Source of the DNA: Ascidiella aspersa | Lineage: Eukaryota | Direction of reading: 5' to 3' | Assembly: GCA_963924565.1 (NCBI GenBank) | Contig: OZ004610.1 | Coordinates: forward strand, 33,914,001-33,978,000 | DNA length: 64,000 bases | Shown: one piece after another, positions 25,200 to 40,200 of the stretch | Position numbering within the stretch: the first letter of the stretch is position 1 | Layout: each line of letters starts with the position of its first letter | Translations under genes and position numbers: made by a program | The notes under the pieces: generated by a model | The model's input: only the letters and a program-made list of their open reading frames with translations | Database searches by the model: none | Told to the model about the DNA's origin: nothing

Positions 25200-25673
25200 C
25201 AATTTAACAATTTATGCAATGCCTGGTAGGTGGTGGCACAATATATTCATAACATACGGCCATTTACAACGATTGTGTGGATTATATGAAACGCATCTAA
25301 CTTAAACTTGCAACAATCTTCTTACACGAAAAACAGACTTCCTCAAAACTGGAGTGAAAGTCTTTTTTTTCCCGCTTGTTTACTTTGCGTAACCTCGACC
25401 ATTAACACAATGTAAACTTTCAACAACTTCGAGAGAAAATGCCGCGTGCCCCCCAAAAGCCACCCACGTCGGGGGGGCAAGCACGTGGTTGGCGCGACAA
25501 GTGTGACGACATAAACGACCTTGTTTCAGGGCGACGCTAATTGGTAGAAATATTTACTCGGTCATGGCGATTTTCTCCCTTCAATGTCACAAGCACTTGA
25601 TCACGTGTTGTGGAGCGATGGGGGCGATGGAAGCGACGTGAGCTAAACGCGAAAAACGATCTTCAGCCTAAAG

Positions 25674-25712
25674 CAGTGTTTCTCAACTGTGTTTCGTTGC
25701 GACCCAAGTACT
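25674..25712 (+). mobile_element. hAT (Buster/Charlie-type) MITE left end
   Basis: cagtgtttctcaactgtg...ttgcgaccc preceded by gccTAaag (nnnTAnnn target consensus). Confidence 0.6.
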
Positions 25713-26504
25713 ACAAGCGTAAAACTAGGAACCAGGCTTTGACGATTCAAATAAATTTAATTTTTAAACGAGAAGGCCGTTTTCGTTTAGTCAAAGCCTA
25801 AAACTTAATAGCATCAAAGCCTTTTCATATTGGTAGCAAAGTAGAATAGGAAAATAACTGAACTTACCAATGCACCCAGTATACACTTCTATCGGAATCA
25901 CCAAACTTACAAGCAGCCAACAAAAGCAAAACCTAAATTTAGGTTTATTCCGGGATTTTTAGCAAGTATAAGCACACAAAATAGTCGTTTTACTACCAAA
26001 ACAAACCAACAACTATATTTCTACGTGTACTGAAAATACTGATCAACGTCCACAACGCTTACAACGGCCATATCGCTTCCAACGCCGGTACAGTTCAAAT
26101 GCTCAAGTGTTCACAGGTTGCCCGCGACCACATTTCTTAGCCTGGTGGCACAACGCACACGCATATGAGCCCTGAGTGACAAGCTAGGTGTATTAGCGAT
26201 CGCACTCTAACGCGATATTTTGAAACCGGATCCCGCCGCCCAATATTGCGTGTAACGCTTTCCACGCGTCGCTATGATGTTGTGTCGATCCTCGCACGAC
26301 TAAAGTCGCTCTTTCTACAAATGTTCTACGCTTTTGGAGAATTGTATCGCGTGAGTGTGACTGTCTGGCATACACGCCAGAGTTTCTTATCCTTTTGGTC
26401 AAAACCTAAATTGGCTCGCCGTTTGATTTGGTTGGGTCGCCGACTGGAGTAGTTTTATATGGTAAGATTGGGATTTGAAATTGTCGAAGATTGCGGAAGG
26501 AATA

Positions 26505-26632
26505 CCAAGACGTATAGTAAGAAATCCCATACAATAGAGGCAGCATTTTAACCGTTTCGAGTAGTTCTTTATCCACATATGGGCTTTGATACTCGTACTA
26601 CGTCTTATTACAACATTACAACTCCAACCAAT
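26505..26632. mobile_element. Foldback-type MITE family A, degenerate palindromic copy
   Basis: agacgtatagtaagaaatcccatacaatagaggcagcattttaaccgtttcga...atatgggctttgatactcgtactacgtct...tacaactccaacca. Confidence 0.7.
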
Positions 26633-27444
26633 ATACTGAAAAATACAAGACATATAATTCGGACGAATTAACGATAGTTTCTAATGTTTTGTTCGCGTAC
26701 AAATCGGCAAGTAAAAAGAGTTGGGTCACCAGTTTTGATAAAAAATACGAATCAGCAAGTTCATAAAGAAATAGGTTACATTGTGCGAACGTTCCAGCAC
26801 AACAATGTGTATTACCGACGTCATAATATATACATAGACCAACTTCTATATGAGCTTTGATATTTTTACTTAAATATGATGTTTACAAACCGTTCAACAT
26901 TATAAGTTGAACTATAAGTTAACAATATAGACAGTAAAAATACACCAATGTGGTTTCAGACCCTTTCTCCGATATTTATAACGTTAAAGTTGTCAATGGG
27001 CAAAATCCCCATTCAAAAGCCGTGTAAAGTGCCACTAAACCTATGTAAGCAGTTTTCCTCGGTTTTGGCGGGATAGCGACTTTTCACGGGCCGCATATCC
27101 GGGTCCACACAGTCGCTGAATCACCTGTCGCAAGCTATGACGTAGGCAGGAAACAGGGGCTTGAGAAAATTCCACAACAAACCTTAAGGTCCTTGGCGAT
27201 GGCTCAACAAACTGTAGTTGCCATTGGAACGGCCTGTGTTTAAAACTTCCCTGTTTAAACAAGCTTCAAGATATGCTCTTTATACGGAGACCGCTTTTGT
27301 AAACATAAGCAAATGTGACTGACAAATACCGTTGCATTTGTTTTACGCTTAAAACAACAAAACACAAATATATTAGGTGTAGAATAAGTATATAAGCCCT
27401 TGATTTACTATTGCAGTTTGTTTTTAGCGTCATGGCGGAATTTG

Positions 27445-27690
27445 AAGTAAGGTGAAGAATGAATATGAAAGCCCATACAGAAATCCGTAACAATATGTAA
27501 ATATGTAAGCAACTCGAATGAATGTTAAGACAATAATTCAATATGTTAGACATATTCGAAGCGTGCACAAAAACCTGCCTATACTTCTGTATGGACTTCA
27601 ATATTCGTTCTATGTCTAACTACAACCTAATTTTTTAGGATGTTCACAAAATGCTTTCTTCTTCTGTATGGGATTTAATATTTATTCTAC
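27445..27690. mobile_element. Foldback-type MITE family A, degenerate copy
   Basis: gaatgaatatgaaagcccatacagaa forward; tacttctgtatggacttcaatattcgttctatgtctaactacaacct and cttctgtatgggatttaatatt inverted. Confidence 0.7.
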
Positions 27691-30600
27691 AAATTATTTT
27701 ACTGTTAAATCAAGGTACAACGTGCCTTACCGTTACGTGATAAGCGCACAGCACAGATTGTGTACATTCAATCCCCCAAAGCAAATCACCAAACCCCAGG
27801 ATGTATTACTTAATCATGTTCAATCAAAATTTTACATTGAAATTACTGAGAAGTTGATCATACCGACACATATACGTATGTGTGTGTTTGCCGTTTGGGG
27901 TTGCAATAAAGAGTTTCTAATCCTTTACATATAGACACATACACTACATGCTTTGTATTTCCATTCTTTTCAACGTTCGACACGCTAAACTTAAACTGAA
28001 ATTCAATGGAGTAGTTTTTCTCATAGGTTCGTGTAATTTCTGGTTGCACCAACCTACAGTGGGTAATATGTTATACTTTGCAAATATTGATCTTGGGTTT
28101 CAAAGCAAGAGTCAAACTTAACGTTATTGACTAAAACACAACACACCAAACTAAGTATATTTCACAAACTTAACGGAAAAATATGAATTAGCTAAAAAAT
28201 ATTGAACCTTCTATAATATTACACTTAGACTCAAACGCAACAAAACAAACAGGGAACTAACGTGTGGACCGGGATTTAGGCTTAGTCTTGGTTCGAGTCC
28301 TTTTGATAACTAGGATTTACTGACTGTTTTGAAGCAAGTTACGCCCAAACTCAACGCAAAGAATAAAACGTATTGTAGAAACGCGAACAGCACAACAAAA
28401 TATTCCGAGTGGCATTATGGCCTAACTTTACCTGTGCCAAAATTGAACTATTTTATATATTAATTAAAAAAACGCTTCTCTGGTAATAATATTTATTCTC
28501 TTTCATTTTTAATTTCCTCGGTGTTCTATTATAAGTTATACGTTCGACGTAATTTAACCTGAAGAAGGCGACTTTAATAGGTTGCCCAAACGCCGGGGAA
28601 GCAATATTAACAGATGAGCTGATTATATATATTTTGGCCCTCGTGTTTTTAAAGCAAAGACCAAACCTTACGTTACTAATAGACAACGAAGCAGAACCAA
28701 ATAGTACGATAACGTATGACGTTGCTCAAAAATCTCGAACCTTCTGTAATATTTCACACGTTGGTGCCAGCTACGTCACGTCTAACTGACTCGACGCCAT
28801 TCGAAACCGCTAGCCAACTGTCCTGGGAACATCCGAGCCCCATCGGTGCCCCCCATGAACCCCTAGGGGTTATATTACCGAATTCCGCAGACCAATGACT
28901 GCAACCCAAGGAGATGGGTCTGGGGTGGATTTTCCTGATTGTTTCTCTAACTCAAAAGTGGTTTCTAAATCGTGACTCCATATATCGACAGATTTAGTGA
29001 CTTCGATTTTAGATGAAAATAAATAATGTTATGGATATTGATAAAAACTGAATATTGTTATAACTCTCCTGACGTGCAATGAACACCAACTTTGTATAAC
29101 TGCAATACATGTCACTGGAAGTCTATTGAGTTCCATCTGGTGTTGTCGATGTTTGGCATGCGAAGCATAAAATAGTTGGATCCAAAATAAAAATAAGAAT
29201 TTTCAGTCAGCACATCAAAAATTGCTAACTGTAAAACAGTGAGGCTATTTGAAATATTTTTAAAATACCGACACAATCTTGTATCTTTATAGAATTTGCC
29301 CCACCAGGCAAAATATTAATAGATAGATACTAAGTCATAAACCGACGTTTCGGCAGCAGATGCCAGCTGACCTTGTATCTTTATGACTGGCGCCTAAACC
29401 CTTATATTGTTGTTAGATCTCCGCACGGCTAGACGCCAACTAGTCGGTTTTTGGCACGCGACTTTACATTAGCGTTCATCTTATGTATACAAGCACCTCT
29501 AATTAAGCGTGACAAAAACAATGCTCAAAAGCGAGACGCCGGACTCCCGAATATGGAGCGGTGAACGACGCGGCGTACAAATCAATTAGGACTTTCACAA
29601 GCACGTCTGTCTGTGATTATGACTTGAACGCCTGTCTGGGAATATAACTTGTTTTAGACACCACCTTAGCACGTAATATAAGTGCGTTAATGAAGGGCTT
29701 TCTATTAAGTGATATCCAATAATATTGGATCGAAGCCGATATACGCTTAAGTCGTAGTATGGGCACTCGTCCGATCAAGGGTTGTATCGGTGCCGATTCA
29801 AACACAAGTTAATTTCAGAATTAGAGCCATGCTTTTCCGCCTGAATTTGTTGAGTTATTGAACAACCTCGTTGAATGTTTGAGTTTTGCATTTTGACTTT
29901 GGGCTATCTAGGGTAAGAAAACGTACATTTCGCATCATTGTAACATTTTGTGTATTGATCAACGCCCATAAAACGCATTGCGTGAACTCCAGATTGGGAA
30001 GGTATTAGGCTGAACCACTATTTATCGCCTATTCGCCTTCTATGCATTTTACTGCTAACATAGATATGCTGCTAAGAGCAGATTCGTGTTTTGCGACTAT
30101 AATTATGCTTTGCATAATTAGTATTTAACTGTAAAACATTATCACGATATCTATCTGTACAATGTAACATCATCGGCTTAACAACGAATCCTTTGCTTTG
30201 CTAAACACTGCTAGATCACTGCATTATGGAGAAGAGTGACAATTACGACCAACTTGTTTTGCTATCTTAAACAATTCCAAGCCAATTTTTGTTACCAATA
30301 TTTTATGTATAGCTTTCCAAAATAAAGCTCTTCTCTCGCTTCAAAACAATTCATCAATTGATTATGCTATTACAAATTTATTAATCACAAAAATCTGGTA
30401 AACACAGAATCTAAAGTTTACAAGCAACGTGCGCTTTAAGATGTATATCCGAAATAACTTGAGAAATACACTATGTGAGACCTAACAAGAAATTTGAAAA
30501 CTTTGAGAATAGAAAACACGGGACACATTACATTGGCAAACCACTTTCTACACGATAACAGTTAAAGCACCGTACGAAACATCAATTTATTAAGACCCAA

Positions 30601-30984
30601 ATACTCTCACCTTACATACCCCGCTAACTTGCTTCTCAACTTAATAAAATTCTCACGGAATCACAATTCTAATCACATTCCAACAAACTGCGTCGCCCTT
30701 AAAAGCAGCCACCACGATAAGTAGAGTTTGCAACGAACCTATGGGGCCTGGGTGGCGAAAAAGTCTGACGTCTGCCCGGTCGCTCTCACAGCGAGGAGTC
30801 TGCAAGCTCAAGTCTTATCGCTTCTCGGGTGTCAAGCTTCCACTTAGTTGACGTTCCCACGAAATCACGACAGCCAGCGTCTCTATATTGCAGGCGCGGG
30901 AAATCGTTAGGGTTCTAATTTAACCACAACTTAGTATAAGTTGAACTGAACCTTACAAAACTATAAGAGATTCAAGATGAACAT

Positions 30985-31117
30985 AACCAAAGCATATATA
31001 GAAGTAGGTAGAATTTTAAAAGATTTATTAGAAACTTTCAAAATGCAACCTACTTCTACACAAGCTTTGATATTCTTACTACGTCTAACTAAAACCTCAA
31101 ATCATTGTGCTCAAAAG
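30985..31117. mobile_element. Foldback-type MITE family A, palindromic copy
   Basis: caaagcatatatagaagtaggtagaatttt...aaaatgcaacctacttctacacaagctttgatattcttactacgtctaactaaaacctcaaatcattgtgctcaaaa. Confidence 0.8.
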
Positions 31118-31237
31118 CTAAACAGCATAATTATAAACGTTATAATCGGTGTACTGTATTGAAATGCACTTAACAACGTTATAGGCTTTGCTTTTTACTA
31201 TACTACGTTTAAAATGCCCATGTTAAAACTACTATGG

Positions 31238-31515
31238 CAGGGGTTCTTAAACTTTTTTTCCTCGGACCCCTAAAATTTTCTTTTAGCTCGCACGGACCAC
31301 TGTAGGCAAATACAATTCAAAAATGACGTCATAAATTGACGTCACAGTACAAATAAACTTCATTATTTTCTGATGTTGGTCCAAAAATGGGAAAGTGAAA
31401 TGAAGTTTAAATAAATTCAGTGCAAACCCGTTTAGTTTTTATTTAATTTTTTTTATAAATTGATTTCTTCATAAGTATACACTAATATTTAAATTAGGCT
31501 TTCATGGACCCCCTT
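31238..31515 (+). mobile_element. hAT (Buster/Charlie-type) MITE, right end eroded
   Basis: caggggttcttaaactttttttcctcggacccc...cacggaccac...catggacccc; preceded by tacTAtgg; carries two TGACGTCA sites. Confidence 0.65.
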
Positions 31516-34500
31516 CGTGAGAAGTAAGAAGAGCTTTATTTTAGGTTGTTTTTTTAACTTAAAATGTTAAATTTCCTGGAACTGCTTATAACCCTTCCTT
31601 ACTCATCCCAAGTCAACAATTATTCAATTATTTCCGACATGTGTGCTTTATTATCCCAAACTAACAAAATCAAGTGCGAATGTATCATTGAAAAGCGCCA
31701 GTACGAATCAAACAAGTCTATTAATTTCCTTCCTAAACCAACACCGAGTTGATATAGTTTATCATATTTTTTATCTTGGAGATAAACAAGCCCAGTTTTC
31801 CACGAAACGCCGACTCCACAAACGCTGTGGTTGCATTTCCAAGAACCAACCAGCGCTCGATTGCATAGAAATGACCCGGTGCGGATCGGATCCTATAGTC
31901 TAGTGAACGTGCTGCTGCTGTCAACAACAAATGGAATTCGCGACCCTTTATTACGCGAACAGCTAGGTGTGAATGGGGGTGGGGCTATCGAGGACTGATT
32001 TCTTAAGTAGCCCGAAAAGCAAGGGACTCGCTTGATGTGAAAGCTATACTATTCCCGTCAAAGTGTATTTTTTTATATGACAGTTTTTAAACGATACGAA
32101 GACAAAAGTGTGAGTTATTTTCAAAAATTGGGAATGTTATTGTCAAAATTAGGGGTTTAGGCAATATATGCGTTTTTACGACCAACTATTTAAGATAGAA
32201 CGGTTATTCGACTTTATAACAGTGAAATAAAAACAACAATACAATATTAGCGCAAAAATGATGATTACGATCTTTTTACGCTTTTTTCAATAAAAGCACA
32301 CTTATGATAATTTAAGATTGTAAGAATTTAAACAACTTTAGTTTTTTTTCGAAAAATTAAAGCAATGTAAGTAACTTCCACGTAAATACAACCCAGATAA
32401 CTGCCGCGTAAAGGCTTGCTAAAAGCGTGTTGTGTAAATAGACTTCTGTCCTTCGCTCAGCAACAAAACGTTGTTAAGTGTATTTTTGCACGCGTCAACT
32501 CACAAATAGCAACAACACTGTGTACGTGAAAAGCGCAACGTTTTGGTGATTCATACTTTGTACAACGCTCGGGTCCCTAAAATAGCCCGAGGTCCTTACC
32601 CAACGGTTCTCGAACTGTACCGCAGTGTGTCGCGATATAAACTGTAAGATTGCAAAATACCGTGACATGCAGTGTATTCCTGACTGGACTTTACACTATC
32701 TGGTTTATTTAGCTAACTGACAACATTGTAGCATTTAACGTTTAGCAAGGGTTCCTAAAAACAGACAAACAAATTGCATTCAAATTTGCCAGTAAAGTTT
32801 TTTAAAGCATTTCATTACTTTTTAGTGCGCCACAATCTTGCACTGTCGTTAGGCACTTGCAATACAACCACTCTCTAAAATTTGAGGTAATTAATACAAA
32901 AACTAAGTAAAATATTTTACCTTTTACCAATATCGGTAATTTAACAAACATAAAATTAAAAAATTGTATTTTTTGAAACGCAAAGCTCAAAATGCGATAT
33001 TGTCAAAAAGGACTTCTTAGTAGGTTTTTTATTTTTACATTTAATGTTTTAACTATTGCAAAACGTTTGCGCAAACTTGCGAAATCTTGCAAAATCCACA
33101 TAGAGGGCGAAATAATACCCACTCATTTTTTCGCGTGTTTTTCAGCCTGTAAGAGCGTCAATCAACGATTTATAAATACTCAAATCGCATTTCCGCTGGT
33201 TTAGTCGGATAACATCACTACTGAAGTGAAATTAAGTCAAAACTCTTAGAAATAAGCACAGTCTGTCAGCTTTGCCTAAACCATATTACTCCAAGTAGCT
33301 TTAGCACCTGAGCCATCTCCCCTTTGTCTCACAGTGCTATAAGCCAAATGAGGTTGCCCTGGTATATCTGTCCGCCCGTGCCCTATGCAAACACTTGACT
33401 AAGAAAACTGACCGGTACGTTACTGGAGATTGTGGGCTCTGCACAGGTAGGAAAAGTTTTCAGCTCATCAATCTTGCTGACCAGATATGCTCTAGTGAAG
33501 AACCGACAATGCATGGCTTCTTAAAACGATTCAAAACTTTAACGCCCTACTTGCAAACGCTACTGACTATACCCCTGAATAACACAATGATTTAAATCAA
33601 TTTAGTTTGAAACGCTTTGGGAAAAGTAGTTTAATTATATGTCCGCACATCGAAAATATAATTTATTAAAATGACGCACGCTAGAAAAAATAGGACATTA
33701 TTGTTAACTTTAATCCCCACCCCCCGCCTTAATCGTATCTAAGTTAATTTCTTGCAGGCAATTTCATTTATTGGTAAATTTTTGGTCCAGAATATAAGGT
33801 CAAGCCACTCTATTGATTGCTATAATATTATCAAATCTAACCATAAAACGTATACGCCCTTTATATCAGTAACCCGTATTGTTTGAGAATACTAACATCG
33901 CATATAACATGGACTTAAACCCTTTTAGTGGGAAAGTAATCAAAGATCCCAGTAGTCCGTTTCTATTTGAGCATATAGCAAAGCCAAAATACTTTATTAC
34001 CGCGGGTCCACTTTCATTCTGTGGGTTCTGCTTCTTGATTAAAATGAACGAGTTCCGTACGTGACCAAATGTACCCAGAGTTTTAAGGGACAACCCTTGG
34101 TAAGATTAATTGTGCCTCGGCTCGGGTTTTGTTTGGTTTATCTCTTGAAACTACCACAGAATGAATCAGAGGTTGGAATTTCAAAAAAGGTTAAGTTACT
34201 TGACGCAGTTACTTCACGCAAAAATGTTACGCAATTTTATGCAATTCCCGACTAAAAGTGTTTCACAATAAAGTGTTTTGGCGGTTTGTCCGTACATATT
34301 GCAAAGTGGTACATTTTCTTCCGACGCAAATGTTCCACAATCATCTACATGCCATTTTACGTTATATATGAAAAGATGGCATTGCTACGATTGAAATGTT
34401 TAGATATAAAACGGTTTGCAACCAGGGGCGGTACCTTTGCGTACAACACAAATATGTTGTGCAAAAAAAATATATGCTCAGATTTCGTAACTTTTAACCC

Positions 34501-34589
34501 GCTCAAGATGCTTCTGGCGAGGCGCACCGAACTCTAATTCTGATCAAATTTTTAAAAAGCCTTTCTAAAAGCATGATGTGTACAATTAT

Positions 34590-34816
34590 GGATGCCGTTA
34601 TCTTTGGCTAGTACGACTCCAAGAGGGATTGATCAACGAAACACATTGTGTAGAATTATGTACGTTTCAGTTATTCTCCGCGGTTGAGAAAAAAAATGAA
34701 AAACAGCACATTGTGTAATGCTATATATACAGTAGGTGCCGTTATCGTGGCCAAGTACGTCTCTAGCAGGGCTTGATCACAGAAACACATTGTGTTGTAT
34801 ATGTACGTTTCAGTAA
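34590..34816 (+). repeat. ~145-bp-period tandem duplication
   Basis: tgccgttatc.tggc.agtacg.ctc..aggg.ttgatca..gaaacacattgtgt....tatgtacgtttcagt at 34590-34673 and 34735-34816. Confidence 0.85.
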
Positions 34817-35231
34817 GTTTCAACCCGTTAAAATGTTTCACAAGTGAAAACGCGGCGCTTGTGTCCGGAAAGGCTTCAACCCGCCCACGCTCTCGGCATT
34901 AAACGAGCCGTTATCGGTCTCACAACTTCAGTGACTCGAAGCATCTCGTGTTTGTAGCTGCCTTCACCTTTTTACGATGCTGTTGTGACAACCCGGGCTT
35001 CTAACGAGGTCCACTGGCAGCGCTTTACGTCCAAACGCGCTTACACAACACCAACCTTTACCGTTTGGTCGCAACCCGGCTCCAATGGTGCGTGATTCAA
35101 ACGAATGCCAACGGACAACAACACGTGAAAGTGGTACGACTCTATATACTGGAATGAAGGGATTTACTAGAATATTCTAGTCAATAAATCATTTATTTGA
35201 AGAAATACAATATTTGAGTATGTTGGAAATG

Positions 35232-35333
35232 ATGAATAAAAAGATTTCGAAACGTTTAAAATGCTACCCACTTCTAAAATTCTGCTTGGACCTTGATATT
35301 CTTACTACAACCTCAAAACATTTTGCTTCAAAA
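35232..35333 (-). mobile_element. Foldback-type MITE family A (core + inverted subunit)
   Basis: atgaataaaaagatttcgaaacgtttaaaatgctacccacttct...ttgatattcttactacaacctcaaaacattttgcttcaaaa. Confidence 0.75.
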
Positions 35334-37241
35334 TATAACATTGATATACTTATATATTCAGAAAACAAAACGTAAAGCATTATGTTTGTATGCCCAATTA
35401 TTATGATATATTAGGCAGGCGTTCGCACCCTACATCTTGTGTTAAAAAAGCAACAGTATAAATGCTTTCATTAGGCTTTGAAAAGTAATTTCAACATGTG
35501 TTAAACCAAAATTGGTGTTACTTCTAAAATGTATGGATACCTGAAACTATCAGAAACTACGACGCAATCGGCACGCTTAATACTTATCATCATTGACGTC
35601 ACAGTTGAGCGGCTACGTCAGAAAACTAAAGGCGAAATAACTGTGATTTTGCACACGTACCAAGATATATTGACATTTTGGTAGCAAGTAATAATCTGAT
35701 ATCTGTTTCCAAAAATTTAGCGTCTAAAGTTGTTTTACATTTATTTACCGATCAATGCAGCTAGGAAATTTGGTAAAAAAATTGCATTTTAATATGTAGC
35801 TTCAATCATATTTATTTTACTTGTATTATACGGGGTCCACAGAGTTGTATGAATAAGCTTGGCCTTTCACGCACAAAAACGCGAGTTACGTCCTTAGTTT
35901 TGCTCACAGCGACAGGATTGTGCAGCAAGTCGTGAAAAAACGGTTTCTATCCGTTTTAGTAGTTGGTCATTGGAACAAGTAGCATTTCAGTCAGTTTCGC
36001 CATTCACATTTTAGATGCGTCTTATGGAATATCATTTTTTGCTTGAGTTTTCCCGTGGTTTACAGATATGCGCTTATTAAGTCGATGTTCCACGCATAAA
36101 AATATATAGAAAGCACATGACAGGAGTTTTTTGATAGAGTTGGGCACCAAGTCGTTAAAAGCGGCACGATTTTGACTTGCGTCATTCGGTTGTTCGCGTC
36201 GGTCGTTTGTTACGTGATAATGCCGCCATGGACTATCGCTCCCTTGAACACAAAGTTCCAACAAAAGTCTTGGGAGTCGACATAAGTTTTACACGGAAGT
36301 TGGTAACCCAACATGTCTGGTTGTCTGTTAAGTGGGAGGTTAAACACAATATTCTTGGTGGTCGACATTATACAAGTGATTCGTAACGATGGGAATGAAA
36401 TCAACTGACAAGTTGTTTAATGTCAAAAGCATATGGCCGTTGTGTTGCTTAGTACGGCTTTTCAAACGGTATGAGTTACATATTTTTTTTGATTTTGTGT
36501 AATGCGCGCCATGTTTTGCCTAAATTTTTTATTGTTTTGCACTTTTTTAATTAAGATGTGACCGATAGCCACATTAGTATAATGCGGCCTGAACTATCAA
36601 AAATATCACATAAAAAACTAACGTTTTTGACAAACTATTAAAATGAGTTGTGGTTACAAACTAACAAGTTAACGTAATAAACTCACATGACACAGTTCGA
36701 ACGTGATCTTCAAAAATGCACCTGATTTTACCAGCTGGGCGAATTTAGGGTTTTTCAAACAGGATTGTTTGTCAGTTTTAAGCAATTTTGCAAAACCTAA
36801 AAAAAGCAGTTGCAAGATTTTCTCAAAACATTGTTTTTCCCCTGTTCCTTAATCCCGATGCTTTTCGATGAAGTGTTTGTCTCACCTCGCTTGTATCTTT
36901 TTCACGAAACTGAATCTCACACGCACGAAACCCTGCCGGGATTAGGACTCACGTACTGACACGCTTCCAAGTCCTAAATTCGAAACCCCAACGTCGCTTT
37001 TCAACCCTCCTAACCCCAACCCACTGGGGTTGCCCAAATCCCCTGGGAAAACCTACACCGGACCCCATCTGCTCTGCTTGTTGTGATGTCACAAATGAAT
37101 GCCATTGTTTGTTGTGATGTCACCATGTGACCTCTGTGGGTCTGGAATCTGTTATCCTTTGAAAAGTGTAGATTTACACGTGGTAGAGGTTCAAGTAAGT
37201 TGTTGTTGTTAATGACTGTGTTTACAGCTTTTTGAAATACA

Positions 37242-37408
37242 TTTGGGAGCATAACGGTTTGAGTTTGTAGTTAGACGCCAAAAGACCATACAAAAAAGTA
37301 TCATTTTGTGAATCTTTCGAAAAAACGTTAGATAATGGCTGGAGGTTGTAGTTAAGAAATACGTAAAGAAATAAATACTAAAGCCCATACAGAAGTAGGT
37401 AGCAATTT
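37242..37408 (+). mobile_element. Foldback-type MITE family A (two tandem subunits)
   Basis: tttgggagcataacggtttgagtttgtagttagacg...ttagataatggctggaggttgtagtt...aaagcccatacagaagtaggtagca. Confidence 0.8.
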
Positions 37409-39641
37409 ATTTTATTTTTTTTTTTCAACTAGATAGTGTAAAGCATCTTTTGACCACGATTCATTTAAATTTATTTTTCTCAGTAGGAAATTTATCCTGT
37501 ACGATGCTTGCATTCCTTACACGGCTGAGGACTATTATTAGCACTTATAATCACAACCCGGCAAATGTCAATCAAAATTCCAATACGTTGTTCACTTAAT
37601 CGTCCAATTCGCCTCTTAACATTCAGATACGCGGCTAACCACATCAGCACTGAGTTTGCAAAACCTCGATCCAATATCTACACCGGGCGGTTGGACAAAC
37701 CTGATTTAATTAAGAACCCCAGCCCATTGTGATGTCACGGAGCGGTGCTTGCGCGTCTGTTAAATGTTGCCTTTAGGCCTTCATGCCCAATGTGCGTATA
37801 TGGGTGTGAGCGTGCGGCAATGGCCTTACCGCAAATTAACCTTCCAATATATTGAAGCAGGAAGTGTTGTATGAATTGCTCTACAGAAGGTCATATAGAC
37901 TTTTATGTAGCGGTTTTTATCGGTTTAATTCAATTTTAAGCAAATGATTATATGATTTACCTGAAAAGCATTATCTGAAATCTATTTGTTCAATACGTAA
38001 TCCCGTTTAATTGATTAAATTATTGTCGCTGATTTCGTGTGATTGCATACTTAGCAAATAAATACAGCTAAATTACAATTTAAATATACAATTTAAAAGG
38101 TTTTCATAATTTTTTCCCAATATTTTTATTACCGTAAAATTATTACTGAGTACAGTAGTAAGTCACTTATTTTATACCCTTATGTGAACTTTAAACTCGA
38201 AAATAAATGTAGTAAAAAGATTATGCACTATGTTAAAACAAAACAGGTTCTTTGAAAACGCATTTTAAAAAAAGTTTTTTTCAATTTGTCATCCGAATAA
38301 ACGCCATTTACTTTAGCTTCGCCTTAAAATATAATGATAAACAGCAACACCCACTAAAAACAGTTACATTTCACCCTTCCCCACTTATAAAACAATGAAA
38401 AAACACCTATATAACAATAGGTGAGTCAGAAAGTTGCAAATTTTCCCGCACCAGTCGATCCCCAACCATCTGTAAGTGTGACGTACAATGTGGTTTCTAA
38501 TTACCACTGGTTGACATGTTGATAAACCATCACGGCACTATGACGCAGGTTTAATGGTGCGTGGATTTTACTCAATTTTATTCCGTTGTACGCTTTAGTT
38601 GGCCACGGGACTGTAATTAACACTTCGGACGCTCCATGACCATCATTTTTTTGTACATATTATTAACACCTATCCCTAAACCACCGCTATAGTTAATTGT
38701 GGGAATTTTGCCACTAATTGGGTAAATTGTCTGTTAACATGTTGCTTATTTTAAAATCCATCATGGTGGTTTTAAAATTAGCAACACCTATCACATTTTT
38801 ACCACTGCTAAAAATGTATTGATGATGTTATTCTAATTTTAGCAAAAAATTATAACATTACGTGTTGATTTGGAAAGGTAACACTAATGTAAACTAAGCG
38901 TATTAGAGTCATATTCATTCATGACCAAAGTCATTGGTAACCTTAACAACACTTGAACGATGTCAATAAAACTGCAATGATAGTTTCGTTAACCGACTGT
39001 TATTTTGTTTAAATTTTTGTCGCCTTAAAAAAAATTCCATAACGTGGTTGCTGTGTGCTTTTATAACAGTAAGCTTTAAATGCTTACGAATTAGTCTAGT
39101 TTAATTTAATCTAAGCCAAGTTTAAATTTTAAGGAAATTGTGTGCTTTTAAATAGTGTAAATTTTGCGACGAAAAATAGATTTCTTAGTGTGTCGCAAGG
39201 GTTGAGACCTACTTCTGAAAGTAACCACGCTTATTCACAAACATCGTCGCACTTACGTTTTGTGGGCACGTGTTCTGAGGCTGAGGTATAGTCGTCTGTA
39301 GCTACAGAGTAAACACTGGAAAACTTTGTTATACTGGGCGAAAGTACTACATAACGTTAACGTGGCGGCCAAAAGCGTGGTAGTACAAAATATCAAAATA
39401 TCTCCCTCTTTATAAGCATAGTTGCAGATCGTTTGGTTTAAGGAATCATGATATGTAAGTGTTGCTATAACAGGCATAACATTGCTCCTGGTAATTTTTA
39501 TGTTATGCAAAGTCTTAACCAACTTTCCTTCTTCACGTCGAATGAGAAAAAAACGTTTTATTCATGCAAGATATAGTTAGCATATCGCCAATTTTTACGA
39601 GGTTTGTAAAGTATTGTGCTTAAAAATACACTTTCAATGTG

Positions 39642-39740
39642 TTTTGAGCATTATGGTTGGAGGTAATAATTTGACGCAGTAGGAATACCAAAGGTCATAT
39701 GGAAGTAGGTTGCATTTTGGACGTTTCGAATTTATTTTTA
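39642..39740 (+). mobile_element. Foldback-type MITE family A (single subunit)
   Basis: ttttgagcattatggttggaggtaataatttgacgcagtaggaataccaaaggtcatatggaagtaggttgcattttggacgtttcgaa. Confidence 0.75.
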
Positions 39741-40133
39741 TTAATTTCAACAACAAAAAAAAACTGACAAAACTGGGGCTTAACAATCTTGCCGAAACTA
39801 CGAATATGTTTAAACACAAAATCAAGCCGGGTTGTCAATATTAGACAACACCTTACAACAGCAAAGTGGTCACGCGATGCAAATAGTTCCGGTAAAACGT
39901 TATTTTGATAATCTAAATCGGGAACTCGTATTCCTAAACTAAACCCTGATGTCATAAAGAGACTTCAGCCAATGTTTTCTTACAAATGTGTCACGAGACC
40001 CAGAGGCAACTAGGTGAAAGAGAAAAATAACACTGCTAGGGCGCCAAATTAACTCGTTTAGGGCGCTAAATGAGGGGCATAGGCCATTTAAACATATTGC
40101 AATTCTTTTATCTGAATTTTAAACCAATCAAAC

Positions 40134-40200
40134 CAGTGTTTGTCACCTTTTCGCGGCGAAATTCTACGAAAATATGCAGGCGAAGGTTTGGCGACCCAAT
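40134..40200 (+). mobile_element. hAT-type MITE end, same family as 19668-19746
   Basis: cagtgtttgtcaccttttcgcggcgaa...gaaggtttggcgacccaat. Confidence 0.55.
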